NCBI RefSeq assembly: GCF_000196355.1
Contig: NC_007614.1
Span: 930,001-962,000, forward strand
From: Nitrosospira multiformis ATCC 25196
GTDB lineage: Bacteria; Pseudomonadota; Gammaproteobacteria; Burkholderiales; Nitrosomonadaceae
Direction: 5' to 3'
Length of the DNA: 32,000 bases
Shown here: one piece after another, positions 20,055-26,925 of the stretch
Layout: every line of letters starts with the position of its first letter
Numbering within the stretch: position 1 is the first letter of the stretch
The notes under the pieces: model-generated
What the model saw: only the letters and a program-made list of their open reading frames with translations
Databases searched by the model: none
What the model was told of the DNA's origin: nothing
Position numbers and translations under genes: made by a program

Positions 20055-20384
20055 ATGGAAAATGTAAAAATGACGCTTGCAGCACTCATCTCAACCGCTG
20101 TGTTTAGTATGGTATCCACGGCATTCGCTCAGCAGTCTGGCCTGGTTAACGTTGATATCCGTAATGTTGCGAATAATATTGCCAAGAACATCAATGTCGA
20201 TGTGAGTCAAATCCCGGTAACAGTTCAGGCTCCAATTGGAGTGGCTTCCACCGTGTGTAACGTAGCAGCAAATGTTTTAGATGCACAAGGTGGAAGCGGG
20301 GGTGGAAGCTGCACAGCAGAAACGACTTCCACTGCTCTAGATCAAATTGTGCAGCGACAAATTGAAGGTACTGGACAACAATAA
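20055..20384 (+). CDS. small secreted protein of unknown function
   Basis: AAAGGAG RBS followed by ATG 20055. Signal peptide MENVKMTLAALISTAVFSMVSTAFA-QQ. The mature part is Val/Asn-rich (LVNVDIRNVANNIAKNINVDVSQIPVTVQAPIGVASTVCNVAANVL) with two Cys. Confidence 0.6.
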   Translation: MENVKMTLAALISTAVFSMVSTAFAQQSGLVNVDIRNVANNIAKNINVDVSQIPVTVQAPIGVASTVCNVAANVLDAQGGSGGGSCTAETTSTALDQIVQRQIEGTGQQ

Positions 20385-20822
20385 TGTTTCGTAACCGGTC
20401 ACAGCTCCGGCGTTGCCGGGGCTTTCGTTCTCTAGAATGGGTCAACACATCAAGCCTTCGCTCTTCAGCAGGGTACATATAGGGTTCCAAATTCGAATGG
20501 TTGTGCTATCCAGGGACTTCGGATCATCTTCCATTTCAATATAATTACAATGGAAGGCATCTTCGGCACGTTCATTCTGCAGCGGAAGAGGCCGCTCACA
20601 TTGACCAAAGCAAATCGCTGCCGCCCGAAGAATTCATGTTGTGGCGCGTGAGTCGGGAGGCAAACACCCTGATCCGTATAATGAAAGAACTGGTGGCGTC
20701 TCCTGGGGGGAATTGCATCCTGGGTGAGAGTGTTTTAGTGGGCCAGCGCAGTTGAGCCCGTCACTCTCGCCGGGATGCCAGATTGATGCACTGCAATTCG
20801 GGATACCATTTCAAGCCTTCAC

Positions 20823-21181
20823 TTACTGAGCAAGCAAGGTAAGACCGAGCGTGTTCCCCGCGGTACGCAGCTCCTGATTCAGTGTTGTCAAAGGAAGTTC
20901 GAGTCTCTGGGCCATTTCGAGATAGGCGGCATTATAGAGGGTGAGCTCACACCGCTGCGCCAGACACAGCGTGGTTGACTCAGCAAAATGTCTGTATCTG
21001 AATCGATAGTGATGTCCAACAGTCTCAGATCTGTTAGCGCCGCATCTCGAAACTCTTTACTGATGAGTCCTCGCCGGATTCCCCCTTGCAGACTATGGGC
21101 TACTATAAGGTGCCAGAGCGATGGCGCTCGTGCACCAGCAGCGTCAACTTGGTCGAAAACTTTCTGGGTGGCAGGGGTCAA
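20823..21181 (-). pseudogene. PIN-domain (VapC-like) toxin remnant, 5'-truncated and frameshifted
   Basis: Frame 1 gives ..APSLWHLIVAHSLQGGIRRGLISKEFRDAALTDLRLLDITIDSD. The C-terminal ..LTLYNAAYLEMAQRLELPLTTLNQELRTAGNTLGLTLL* lies in another frame. The N-terminal LDTxx/LDSSA strand and a cognate antitoxin gene are both missing. Confidence 0.55.
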
Positions 21182-21185
21182 CTCG

Positions 21186-21448
21186 TCACTTTAGAGCCAT
21201 TCCAAGGTGACTGAACTGTCCAGTATTCTGGATGAGCTCATAGACCAGCAGGTAATTTTCTTAAGGAACGAGTTTACGGGTACCAGGAATTCTTCCGGGA
21301 TGGCCAAGCATGGGATAGGTGGCAAGTCTCGTCGCGGCAACGCTGAAAGCTCATCCATTTCGGCAGCTGCATATGGATTGTCCGCTGCGATGTAGTTCCA
21401 TATATCGTCTCGGTCCTGGCTTGCCTCAGGCGTCCAGATAACCCTCAC
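21186..21448 (-). pseudogene. ParE/RelE-family toxin gene with frameshifts
   Basis: A GTG start overlaps the antitoxin stop by 4 nt. The first ~33 codons are ParE-like (MRVIWTPEASQDRDDIWNYIAADNPYAAAEM). The expected ..ATYPMLGHPGRIPGTRKLVP and ENYLLVYEL.. segments appear only in the other two frames. Confidence 0.7.
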
Positions 21449-21720
21449 GTTTGCTTCGCTGCATTACGTTGTAGCGCGAATTCGGCTTCAATCTCATCGT
21501 TCGATCGACCTTTCCCGGCCTGGGCTGATCTTCTGGCAGCCTCAACCTTCTGGTGTAGGAATTCGTCATATTCCCGTGCTTGACGCTGCCGTTGAAAAAA
21601 CTCGCGCATCATTTCGCGCACGACTTGGGAGGCAGGGCGGTGAGCAGCTTCGGCTTCCGCTATGAACCCGGCGCGCAATTCGGGCTCCAGCTTCATCGTG
21701 AAAACGGCTTCTTTTGTCAT
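21445..21720 (-). CDS. ParD/RHH-type antitoxin (intact)
   Basis: 91 aa. The N-terminal beta-strand/helix region resembles ribbon-helix-helix antitoxins (FTMKLEPELRAGFIAEAEAAHRPASQVVREMMREF). It lies upstream of, and overlaps, the toxin gene. Confidence 0.65.
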   Translation of the reverse strand: MTKEAVFTMKLEPELRAGFIAEAEAAHRPASQVVREMMREFFQRQRQAREYDEFLHQKVEAARRSAQAGKGRSNDEIEAEFALQRNAAKQT

Positions 21721-21742
21721 AATTCCGGTTCCCCTATCACTA

Positions 21743-21995
21743 GAGCGTGTTCACAGTAGCCAGATGTAGGCGTAAGCCAGATGCAAGAAAGCACTGAAGG
21801 GGTGGGCGAATTTGTCGTAGCGGGTCGCGAGGCGACGAAATTGTTTGAGCCGATTGAAGAATCGCTCGACCAGATTGCGCGCTTTATACCGCTCCCGATC
21901 GAACTCGCGCGATGCGCATCGGTTGTTCCGGGGCGGGATGACGGCCTCAGCGCCCGTCTCGGTGTAAACACAAACCAACTACTGTGAACAGACCC
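21743..21995 (-). mobile_element. internally deleted (MITE-like) derivative of the IS at 15004-15820
   Basis: Both IRs are present. About 32 bp of the left end is joined directly to about 222 bp of the right end, which corresponds to deletion of about 15036-15598 of the full copy. Only the last ~70 transposase codons are retained. TA flanks lie at 21741-21742 and 21996-21997. Confidence 0.85.
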
Positions 21996-21997
21996 TA

Positions 21998-22840
21998 GGT
22001 TCAGGACCTATTAATTTCATGATTCACGAATAGGATCAAATGTGATTCACTTATGGCGGAGGTGCTGCCATGAGAGATTTGTTTTACCTGTCGGAAACAC
22101 AGTTCAACCGTATAAAACCTTATTTTCCCTTGTCCCACGGAGTTCCCCGTGTTGATGATCTGCGGGTGATCAGCGGGATCATCTACGTCATTCGGAATGG
22201 CCTGCAATGGAAGGATGCCCCCAGGGAATACGGGCCGCACAAGACACTGTATAACCGTTTCGTGCGCTGGAGCCGACTGGGCGTGTTCAACCGCATCTTT
22301 GTGGAACTGACCGGTAAAGAGGAAACGCCCGAGAGGCTGATGATCGACGCCACGCATCTGAAGGCCCACCGCACGGCAGCCAGCCTGCTAAAAAAGGGGA
22401 TGTTCCCCGCCGTATCGGTCGCACAAAGGGCGGCCTGAACTCGAAGCTTCATGTGGTCTGCGACGGTCAGGGCAAGCCTGTGGCCATGCTCCTGTCCGAA
22501 GGGCAGATGAGCGATTACAAGGGAGCACGTGTGCTGCTGCCGTCATTGCCCAAAGCCAAAACCCTGATTGCAGACCGCGGCTATGACGCTGCCTGGTTCC
22601 GGGCAGCGTTGCGTGCCAAAGGCATGACGCCCTGCATACCGACAAAAAGGAATCGCAAAATCCAGATCAAATACGACAAGACCCTCTACAGGCAAAGGCA
22701 CAGGATCGAGAACATGTTCGCTCGGCTCAAGGACTGGCGCAGGATCGCCATGCGTTACGACCGCTGTGCCCATACCTTCTTCTCTGCCATCTGTATCGCC
22801 GCAACTGTCATCTTCTATCTCAATTAATGAGTCCTGAGCC
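21998..22840 (+). mobile_element. second IS5-family insertion sequence, complete, 843 bp
   Basis: The IRs are GGTTCAGGACCTATTAATT (21998-) and AATTAATGAGTCCTGAGCC (-22840). TA flanks lie at 21996-21997 and 22841-22842. The left TA is shared with the neighbouring deletion derivative. Confidence 0.9.
22070..22827 (+). CDS. IS5-family DDE transposase (orfAB, programmed -1 frameshift)
   Basis: orfA reads MRDLFYLSETQFNRIKPYFP..ISGIIYVIRNGLQWKDAP. The slippery heptamer A AAA AAG lies at 22390-22396. The -1 frame continues ..GGLNSKLHVVCDGQGKP..ADRGYDA..YRQRHRIENMFARLKDWRRIAMRYDR. Confidence 0.85.
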
Positions 22841-23089
22841 TAGGTATTAAGAAAGTATATATTTTTTCACTACTACATAAAATATAAAAAATAGGATCGC
22901 GCTTGCTGCTGTCATAGCCCCAAGCCGAGTTTTCCCCAATTGACGTGGATAGGTCTGTTGATAACTGCCTAAGCTTCTGTCTCAGCCTGGGTTTTACGGG
23001 CTGATCAGGATTGCAGCAGAGGTACTCGCACCACCTGAGGCAGCCGGGCTCATAAGCAGCTGGTATATTAAAAAATCAGCCAGAATATC

Positions 23090-23755
23090 ATGCAAAACTT
23101 TAATTATGATCTGGCAAGGCCAGAGCGGAAACAATCACAAGCGGAAGAAATCGCAAACAGCATTAGCCATGGTATAGCCTTGGTTGCCGCACTCGTAGGA
23201 GCTCCATTTCTCATCACTCATGCCGCTCGCTCCGGCGACACCGGATTCCTTGTAGGCACGAGTCTCTTCTCCGCGACTGTCATATTTCTTTACCTTGCTT
23301 CGACCATCTACCATGCGTTGCCGACAGGCAAGGCCAAGCGCGTGTTTAAAGTTGTCGAGCATTCTGCCATCTTTGTTCTTATCGCGGGCACATATACGCC
23401 ATTCACGCTTGGAGTCCTGGATGGAGTATGGGGACGTGCCCTTCTCGTGGGAATTTGGGGTCTTGCGCTGGCGGGTATAATGCTCAAGGTATTTTATAAA
23501 GCCTCTTTACCCATTCTATCAACCATCCTCTATCTGTTCATGGGGTGGCTTGTTGTGATTGCGGCTAATCCATTGGCGGCTAAAATGCCAATACAAGGGT
23601 TGCTCTGGTTGACTACAGGAGGCGTGTCTTACACACTCGGCGTAGTTTTTTTTGCACTCGATTCTCGGCTGCGGTATGGCCATCTGGTTTGGCACCTCTT
23701 TGTGATAGCGGGCACAACATGCCATTACTTCGCCGTGCTCTGGTATGCCGCCTAA
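23090..23755 (+). CDS. hemolysin III / PAQR-family membrane protein
   Basis: 221 aa with seven predicted TM segments and family motifs (EEIANSISHG, STIYH, VEHSAIFVLIAGTYTPF, HLFVIAGTTCHYFAV). Confidence 0.9.
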   Translation: MQNFNYDLARPERKQSQAEEIANSISHGIALVAALVGAPFLITHAARSGDTGFLVGTSLFSATVIFLYLASTIYHALPTGKAKRVFKVVEHSAIFVLIAGTYTPFTLGVLDGVWGRALLVGIWGLALAGIMLKVFYKASLPILSTILYLFMGWLVVIAANPLAAKMPIQGLLWLTTGGVSYTLGVVFFALDSRLRYGHLVWHLFVIAGTTCHYFAVLWYAA

Positions 23756-23927
23756 CGGGGCGGCCATGCGAAATAAAGTTTGACGTTCTTCAAATAGCGT
23801 GTATCCTGCAGTAGGTCTTTTGGATTCAAGCTGTAAAACGATACCTCTGGTTGACTCTTTCCCTTGATATTCAGCGGCTGATCACTTACAGATGACTGTG
23901 AGTGGAATTTTATTAAGGAGAAATGAC

Positions 23928-24137
23928 ATGGCAACAGAAACAGGTATTGTGAAATGGTTTAGCGATGATAAAGGCTTTGGCTTTATTACCTCAGATGAAG
24001 GTGGAAAAGATTTGTTTGCCCACTTCTCTTCGATTGTGGGTGAAGGTTTTAAAACGCTGCAAGAGGCCCAGCGTGTCACTTTTGATGTGGTAAGCGGTCC
24101 CAAGGGTTTACAGGCATCGAATATTAGACCTCAGTAA
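23928..24137 (+). CDS. cold-shock protein, CspA family (intact)
   Basis: I trimmed the start to ATG 23928, which is preceded by AAGGAG. The product is [36 protein letters not shown], containing the RNP1/RNP2 motifs. 69 aa. Confidence 0.95.
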   Translation: MATETGIVKWFSDDKGFGFITSDEGGKDLFAHFSSIVGEGFKTLQEAQRVTFDVVSGPKGLQASNIRPQ

Positions 24138-24151
24138 AAAGTCAGTAAAGC

Positions 24152-24182
24152 AAACGAAAATCCTGTTGTGGGATTTTCGTTT
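24152..24182 (+). terminator. rho-independent terminator of csp
   Basis: A perfect 12-bp stem, AAACGAAAATCC / GGATTTTCGTTT, with a 7-nt loop and a T-rich 3' arm. It starts 15 nt after the csp stop. Confidence 0.7.
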
Positions 24183-24300
24183 GAGAAATTGTAACGTCCC
24201 CGCGGTTGACCCGCACCCGCTTCTCAGTCCCCGAACTCCCTACTATTTACAGTTATCCTGTTGCGAAACTCCCCTTGGAGTTAATGAGCCTTGGCACGCC

Positions 24301-24773
24301 CTAGCCCATGTCACCCGTTTTCTTTCGCCGTTGAGTATTCTCAAATGCCTCTGGGTGACTGCGTTCGCATTCATGGCACTGGGGTCGCACGCATGCTGGA
24401 TCAATAGAGTCTAAGCACTTGAGATCATCCTGGTAAGTCCATCTACCGGCCAGGCACGCAATTGCCTGAATCCCGTTCTTCTTGATCACGGTCAGTAGTC
24501 GCAATGCCGGGCCACCCGGCTTTTTGACACCTCGCTCCCAGTTTGAGACCAGGTTCTTGCTGACATTCAGGTAACGAAGACAGGCTGTGACAGGTGTTCG
24601 CGCTCTCGTAGCTCACGGATTTCCTCGGGTGACATGACTAGCACGGGAGCAAGGCACGACTCGTCGAACTCGCGCATGGTCTGTTTGTCGACCGCCCCAA
24701 TCTCATGCAGCACTTCCATTGTCTCGTGGATTGACGCGAGCGCATTACTCCGATACTTCTTCACCATTTTCAT
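24301..24773 (-). pseudogene. HTH (XRE/HigA-like) antitoxin gene with a frameshift
   Basis: Frame 1 reads MKMVKKYRSNALASIHETMEVLHEIGAVDKQTMREFDESCL..SPEEIRELREREHLSQPVF and stops at 24567. The HTH continuation YLNVSKNLVSQWERGVKKPGGPALRLLTVIKKNGIQAIA lies in another frame. Recognisable similarity ends near 24440 and the rest is a run-on tail. Confidence 0.7.
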
Positions 24774-25115
24774 GCATCTCCGAAAGCTGGTTCTTGCCGA
24801 TCAACTCAGTCAGCTGTTCGTCCGTCAGTCCAAGCACATGGGCCGCTGCCTTCTTGAACTGCGCTTCCTCGTCATCATCGATGTTGTCGCGCTCGCCTTG
24901 ACAAAGCCGTACAAGAAGAAGACACGTCCTGCTATGTGATACAGAACGATGGTGCGAAAACCTCCAGACATGCCCGGGCCTTTCCGCGCCACTCGCTGCA
25001 AGGCCAGAGGTTCGACGGCGGTTGGTTATTTCCCGGACTGAACCCCATTGATCACCTGAGCACCCGTCAGCTCAACCGCCACTCATTTGGCAGCCGCAAC
25101 AAATGGAGTCTTCAC
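24745..25115 (-). pseudogene. RelE/HigB-like toxin gene with two in-frame stops and one frameshift
   Basis: GTG at 25113-25115 overlaps the upstream stop (GTGA). The reading is MKTPFVAAAK*VAVELTGAQVINGVQSGK*PTAVEPLALQRVARKGPGMSGGFRTIVLYHIAGRVFFLYGFVK, then a frameshift, then ERDNIDDDEEAQFKKAAAHVLGLTDEQL..*. The stops are at 25083-25085 (TGA) and 25026-25028 (TAA). The 3' end overlaps the antitoxin start by 29 nt (24745-24773). Confidence 0.65.
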
Positions 25116-25594
25116 GGACACTCAGCGTCGCGGGGCACCCACAGGATGCATCTCCCGAATTCGTTCCGTTCGCAACAGCGTCGGGGAACTCCGCCACCAC
25201 CGCCGCTGCCACCGCCACCACCGCCACCACCGCCACCACCGCCACCACCGCCGCTGCCACCGCCACCACCGCCACCGCTTTCAAATGCGTCAACCAGATC
25301 CCTCATCCATTTAGGAATACAATCGCGGCAGAACCCAAACCCGACAATCGCCAGCGCCCCTGCCCAGCATGCATAACATGCTGCCGGACCTCCCCCGAGG
25401 CAGGCCGCGGTACATAAAGTCACGCCGCCTCCTATTGCAACACCACATGTGATTCCCTTAATCCATCCGCACGCTTGTGGAGCCAGGGTTACATGTCCAT
25501 CACTTGAGAAATTGCCGCCGGCAGTCAAGTAATGGTTGTTTGTACGATAGAGTGATGAGTCTGCAGTAAATCCAGGCATATTCATCGTATTCAC
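25112..25594 (-). CDS. 160-aa Cys/Gly-rich protein, candidate precursor or substrate of the S8 cassette
   Basis: GTG start 6 nt after a perfect AAGGAGG that abuts the upstream stop codon. There is no Cys in residues 1-41 and 12 Cys afterwards. It has a hydrophobic GxxxG-type core, a 29-residue Gly tract, and a C-terminal tail VPRRCCERNEFGRCILWVPRDAECP. Confidence 0.75.
   Translation of the reverse strand: MNTMNMPGFTADSSLYRTNNHYLTAGGNFSSDGHVTLAPQACGWIKGITCGVAIGGGVTLCTAACLGGGPAACYACWAGALAIVGFGFCRDCIPKWMRDLVDAFESGGGGGGGSGGGGGGGGGGGGGGGSGGGGGVPRRCCERNEFGRCILWVPRDAECP
25190..25276. repeat. GC-rich coding tandem repeat (GGY codons; 9-bp GCCACCACC units nested in a 48-bp period)
   Basis: Read directly. 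It encodes G7-S-G15-S-G5 on the minus strand. The two Ser codons (GCT on the plus strand) are exactly 48 nt apart. The other five frames give poly-Pro, His/Arg and Thr/Ala artefact ORFs. Confidence 0.9.
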
Positions 25595-25606
25595 TTCACA
25601 CCTCCT

Positions 25607-26614
25607 TTATCGGTTGAATTGATGTTCATAGTACGGAGAGATCTTGGTGACGAGGAAAGGGAACTCCTCGGTCACATCCACGCGCACGAAGTACTTTTCT
25701 GTAAAATCTGTATTGCGGTTGGTGTAGGAGAAAATAACCTCGACGATGTTGCGCCCGCTGCTTAAAGCCGAGGGACGCACCTCCACCCCTGTCAGGGAAT
25801 GATCTTCCGCGAACTCTTCCGCCGCCTTGGCATAAATGGCGGGATAGCGCATGGCAAGGTAGTTCAACGCCCGATGTTCATCCGTGGCGCCTGCGTTATC
25901 GGTCATGTGCATGATGCGATCGAACAGTTCTTCGGCAGCAGGGCCAAATCGCTCTTCGGCCATCTTCTTGGGCCTCGGGATTGCCTTGATCAATTCATTA
26001 CGGCCAAAAGAATAGATCTGGTCGAATACCACAATCGGCACCATCAGCCCGTTGCACATCTGGGGTGGCGCAATGGGGCCACGCATTCCGATGACCACGT
26101 CGATATCCTGGGGAGCAGGTGCAGGCCGGATGGCATCGATCAACATATCGACGTCAGCAGGATCGCGTGGAACCAGAAGGTAGGTTTCCAGTCCCTGTAC
26201 CGTCAGCACCCAGCACAGCTGCCGTACCAGATACCGGTTCTGTCGCTGGGACAGGACTTCATGGAAGGCCTGCTGGTCGGTTTTGCCAGCGGTTTCCGCC
26301 CGACCGGTTGCCTGGACAAATTCCTTTTCTGCGGAAAGATTGGGGAAACGCGCTTCCACCCGCCCGATGGCGTAGACAAACGCGTTCGTGCCGTCATTCG
26401 AACCCGTGCTTACGCTGTCGGTATTTTGCATCATCTGCCCTGCGCCACAACCGCAGCTTCCTCTGCCCATCTGGGGAGAGATCGGAGCGTTGCCACGAGT
26501 TTGGGGATAGGAAGCGTGATGGGAAGTGGGAGGAACATCATTTCTTTCACCCCGCCTTTGCTGGTCTGGTGTGTTTTCCATCGATTGTTCCAAAATTTCC
26601 CTTTGTTCACTCAT
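25607..26614 (-). CDS. 335-aa protein resembling the non-catalytic accessory domain found in PatA/PatG-type subtilases
   Basis: ATG lies 6 nt after AGGAGG. After a low-complexity N-terminus (..GRGSCGCGAG..) the pattern is FVYAIGRVEARFP..EKEF...LCWVLTVQGLETYLLVP...DVVIGMRGPI...GLMVPIVVFDQIYSF. This matches my memory of the 'VYALG..DFG.EARRD / W.L..d.tP.Y.i.P / V.G....L..G..VPv' domain next to PatA/PatG proteases. Not verified by search. Confidence 0.75.
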   Translation of the reverse strand: MSEQREILEQSMENTPDQQRRGERNDVPPTSHHASYPQTRGNAPISPQMGRGSCGCGAGQMMQNTDSVSTGSNDGTNAFVYAIGRVEARFPNLSAEKEFVQATGRAETAGKTDQQAFHEVLSQRQNRYLVRQLCWVLTVQGLETYLLVPRDPADVDMLIDAIRPAPAPQDIDVVIGMRGPIAPPQMCNGLMVPIVVFDQIYSFGRNELIKAIPRPKKMAEERFGPAAEELFDRIMHMTDNAGATDEHRALNYLAMRYPAIYAKAAEEFAEDHSLTGVEVRPSALSSGRNIVEVIFSYTNRNTDFTEKYFVRVDVTEEFPFLVTKISPYYEHQFNR

Positions 26615-26706
26615 ATTGCTCCTCCTGATAATGGCAGTAGTAGTGCTATCGGTTCTAAAAAAGGAAACTCCTAGACTCCTGATCCAATGATTCTCTTTCT
26701 TCGCTC

Positions 26707-26925
26707 TTACTTCTGTCGGCGCGGTGTGAAAGCGAGCCAGCGATTGAGTGCAACCCCACGGCGTTCACACCCTCCACAAGGTTTTATCCTAAAATAGGAG
26801 GAGGTGCGTTTGATGGCATCCCCCAGCCGGATTTCCTCATCGGTAATGAAGCCGGGCAGGCGGACGTGGTAGGTTGCCTGTTTGCTCTTGTTGTCTGGGA
26901 CGCTCTTGCCCTCATCCTTGATCAT
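26707..26925 (-). CDS. 72-aa mini-protein with LGD-x-IKR-x9-PCGGC-x2-R-x4-NRW motif
   Basis: I trimmed the track ORF to ATG 26923-26925, which overlaps the S8 stop (ATGA). The product is MIKDEGKSVPDNKSKQATYHVRLPGFITDEEIRLGDAIKRTSSYFRIKPCGGCERRGVALNRWLAFTPRRQK. The longer N-terminal extension would lie inside the S8 gene in another frame. Confidence 0.65.
   Translation of the reverse strand: MIKDEGKSVPDNKSKQATYHVRLPGFITDEEIRLGDAIKRTSSYFRIKPCGGCERRGVALNRWLAFTPRRQK

Noticed and set aside
25190-25276. Possible CRISPR-like or other non-coding repeat array
   Set aside because: There are no unique spacers. The repeat lies in frame inside a well-supported CDS and simply encodes Gly/Ser.
24936-25417. 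Plus-strand ORFs with spectacular low-complexity runs: a 146-aa poly-Pro ORF (24936-25376), a His/Arg-repeat ORF (25087-25314) and a Thr/Ala-repeat ORF (25103-25417)
   Set aside because: They are alternative-frame or opposite-strand readings of the same GGY-codon tandem repeat. The minus-strand gene has a perfect RBS, operon coupling and a coherent protein architecture. The plus-strand ORFs also run antisense across the toxin pseudogene.
25799-26674. 291-aa plus-strand ORF
   Set aside because: It is entirely antisense to the 335-aa gene, which has an AGGAGG RBS and protein-like motifs. The ORF has an Arg/His/Gly-rich composition typical of a shadow frame.
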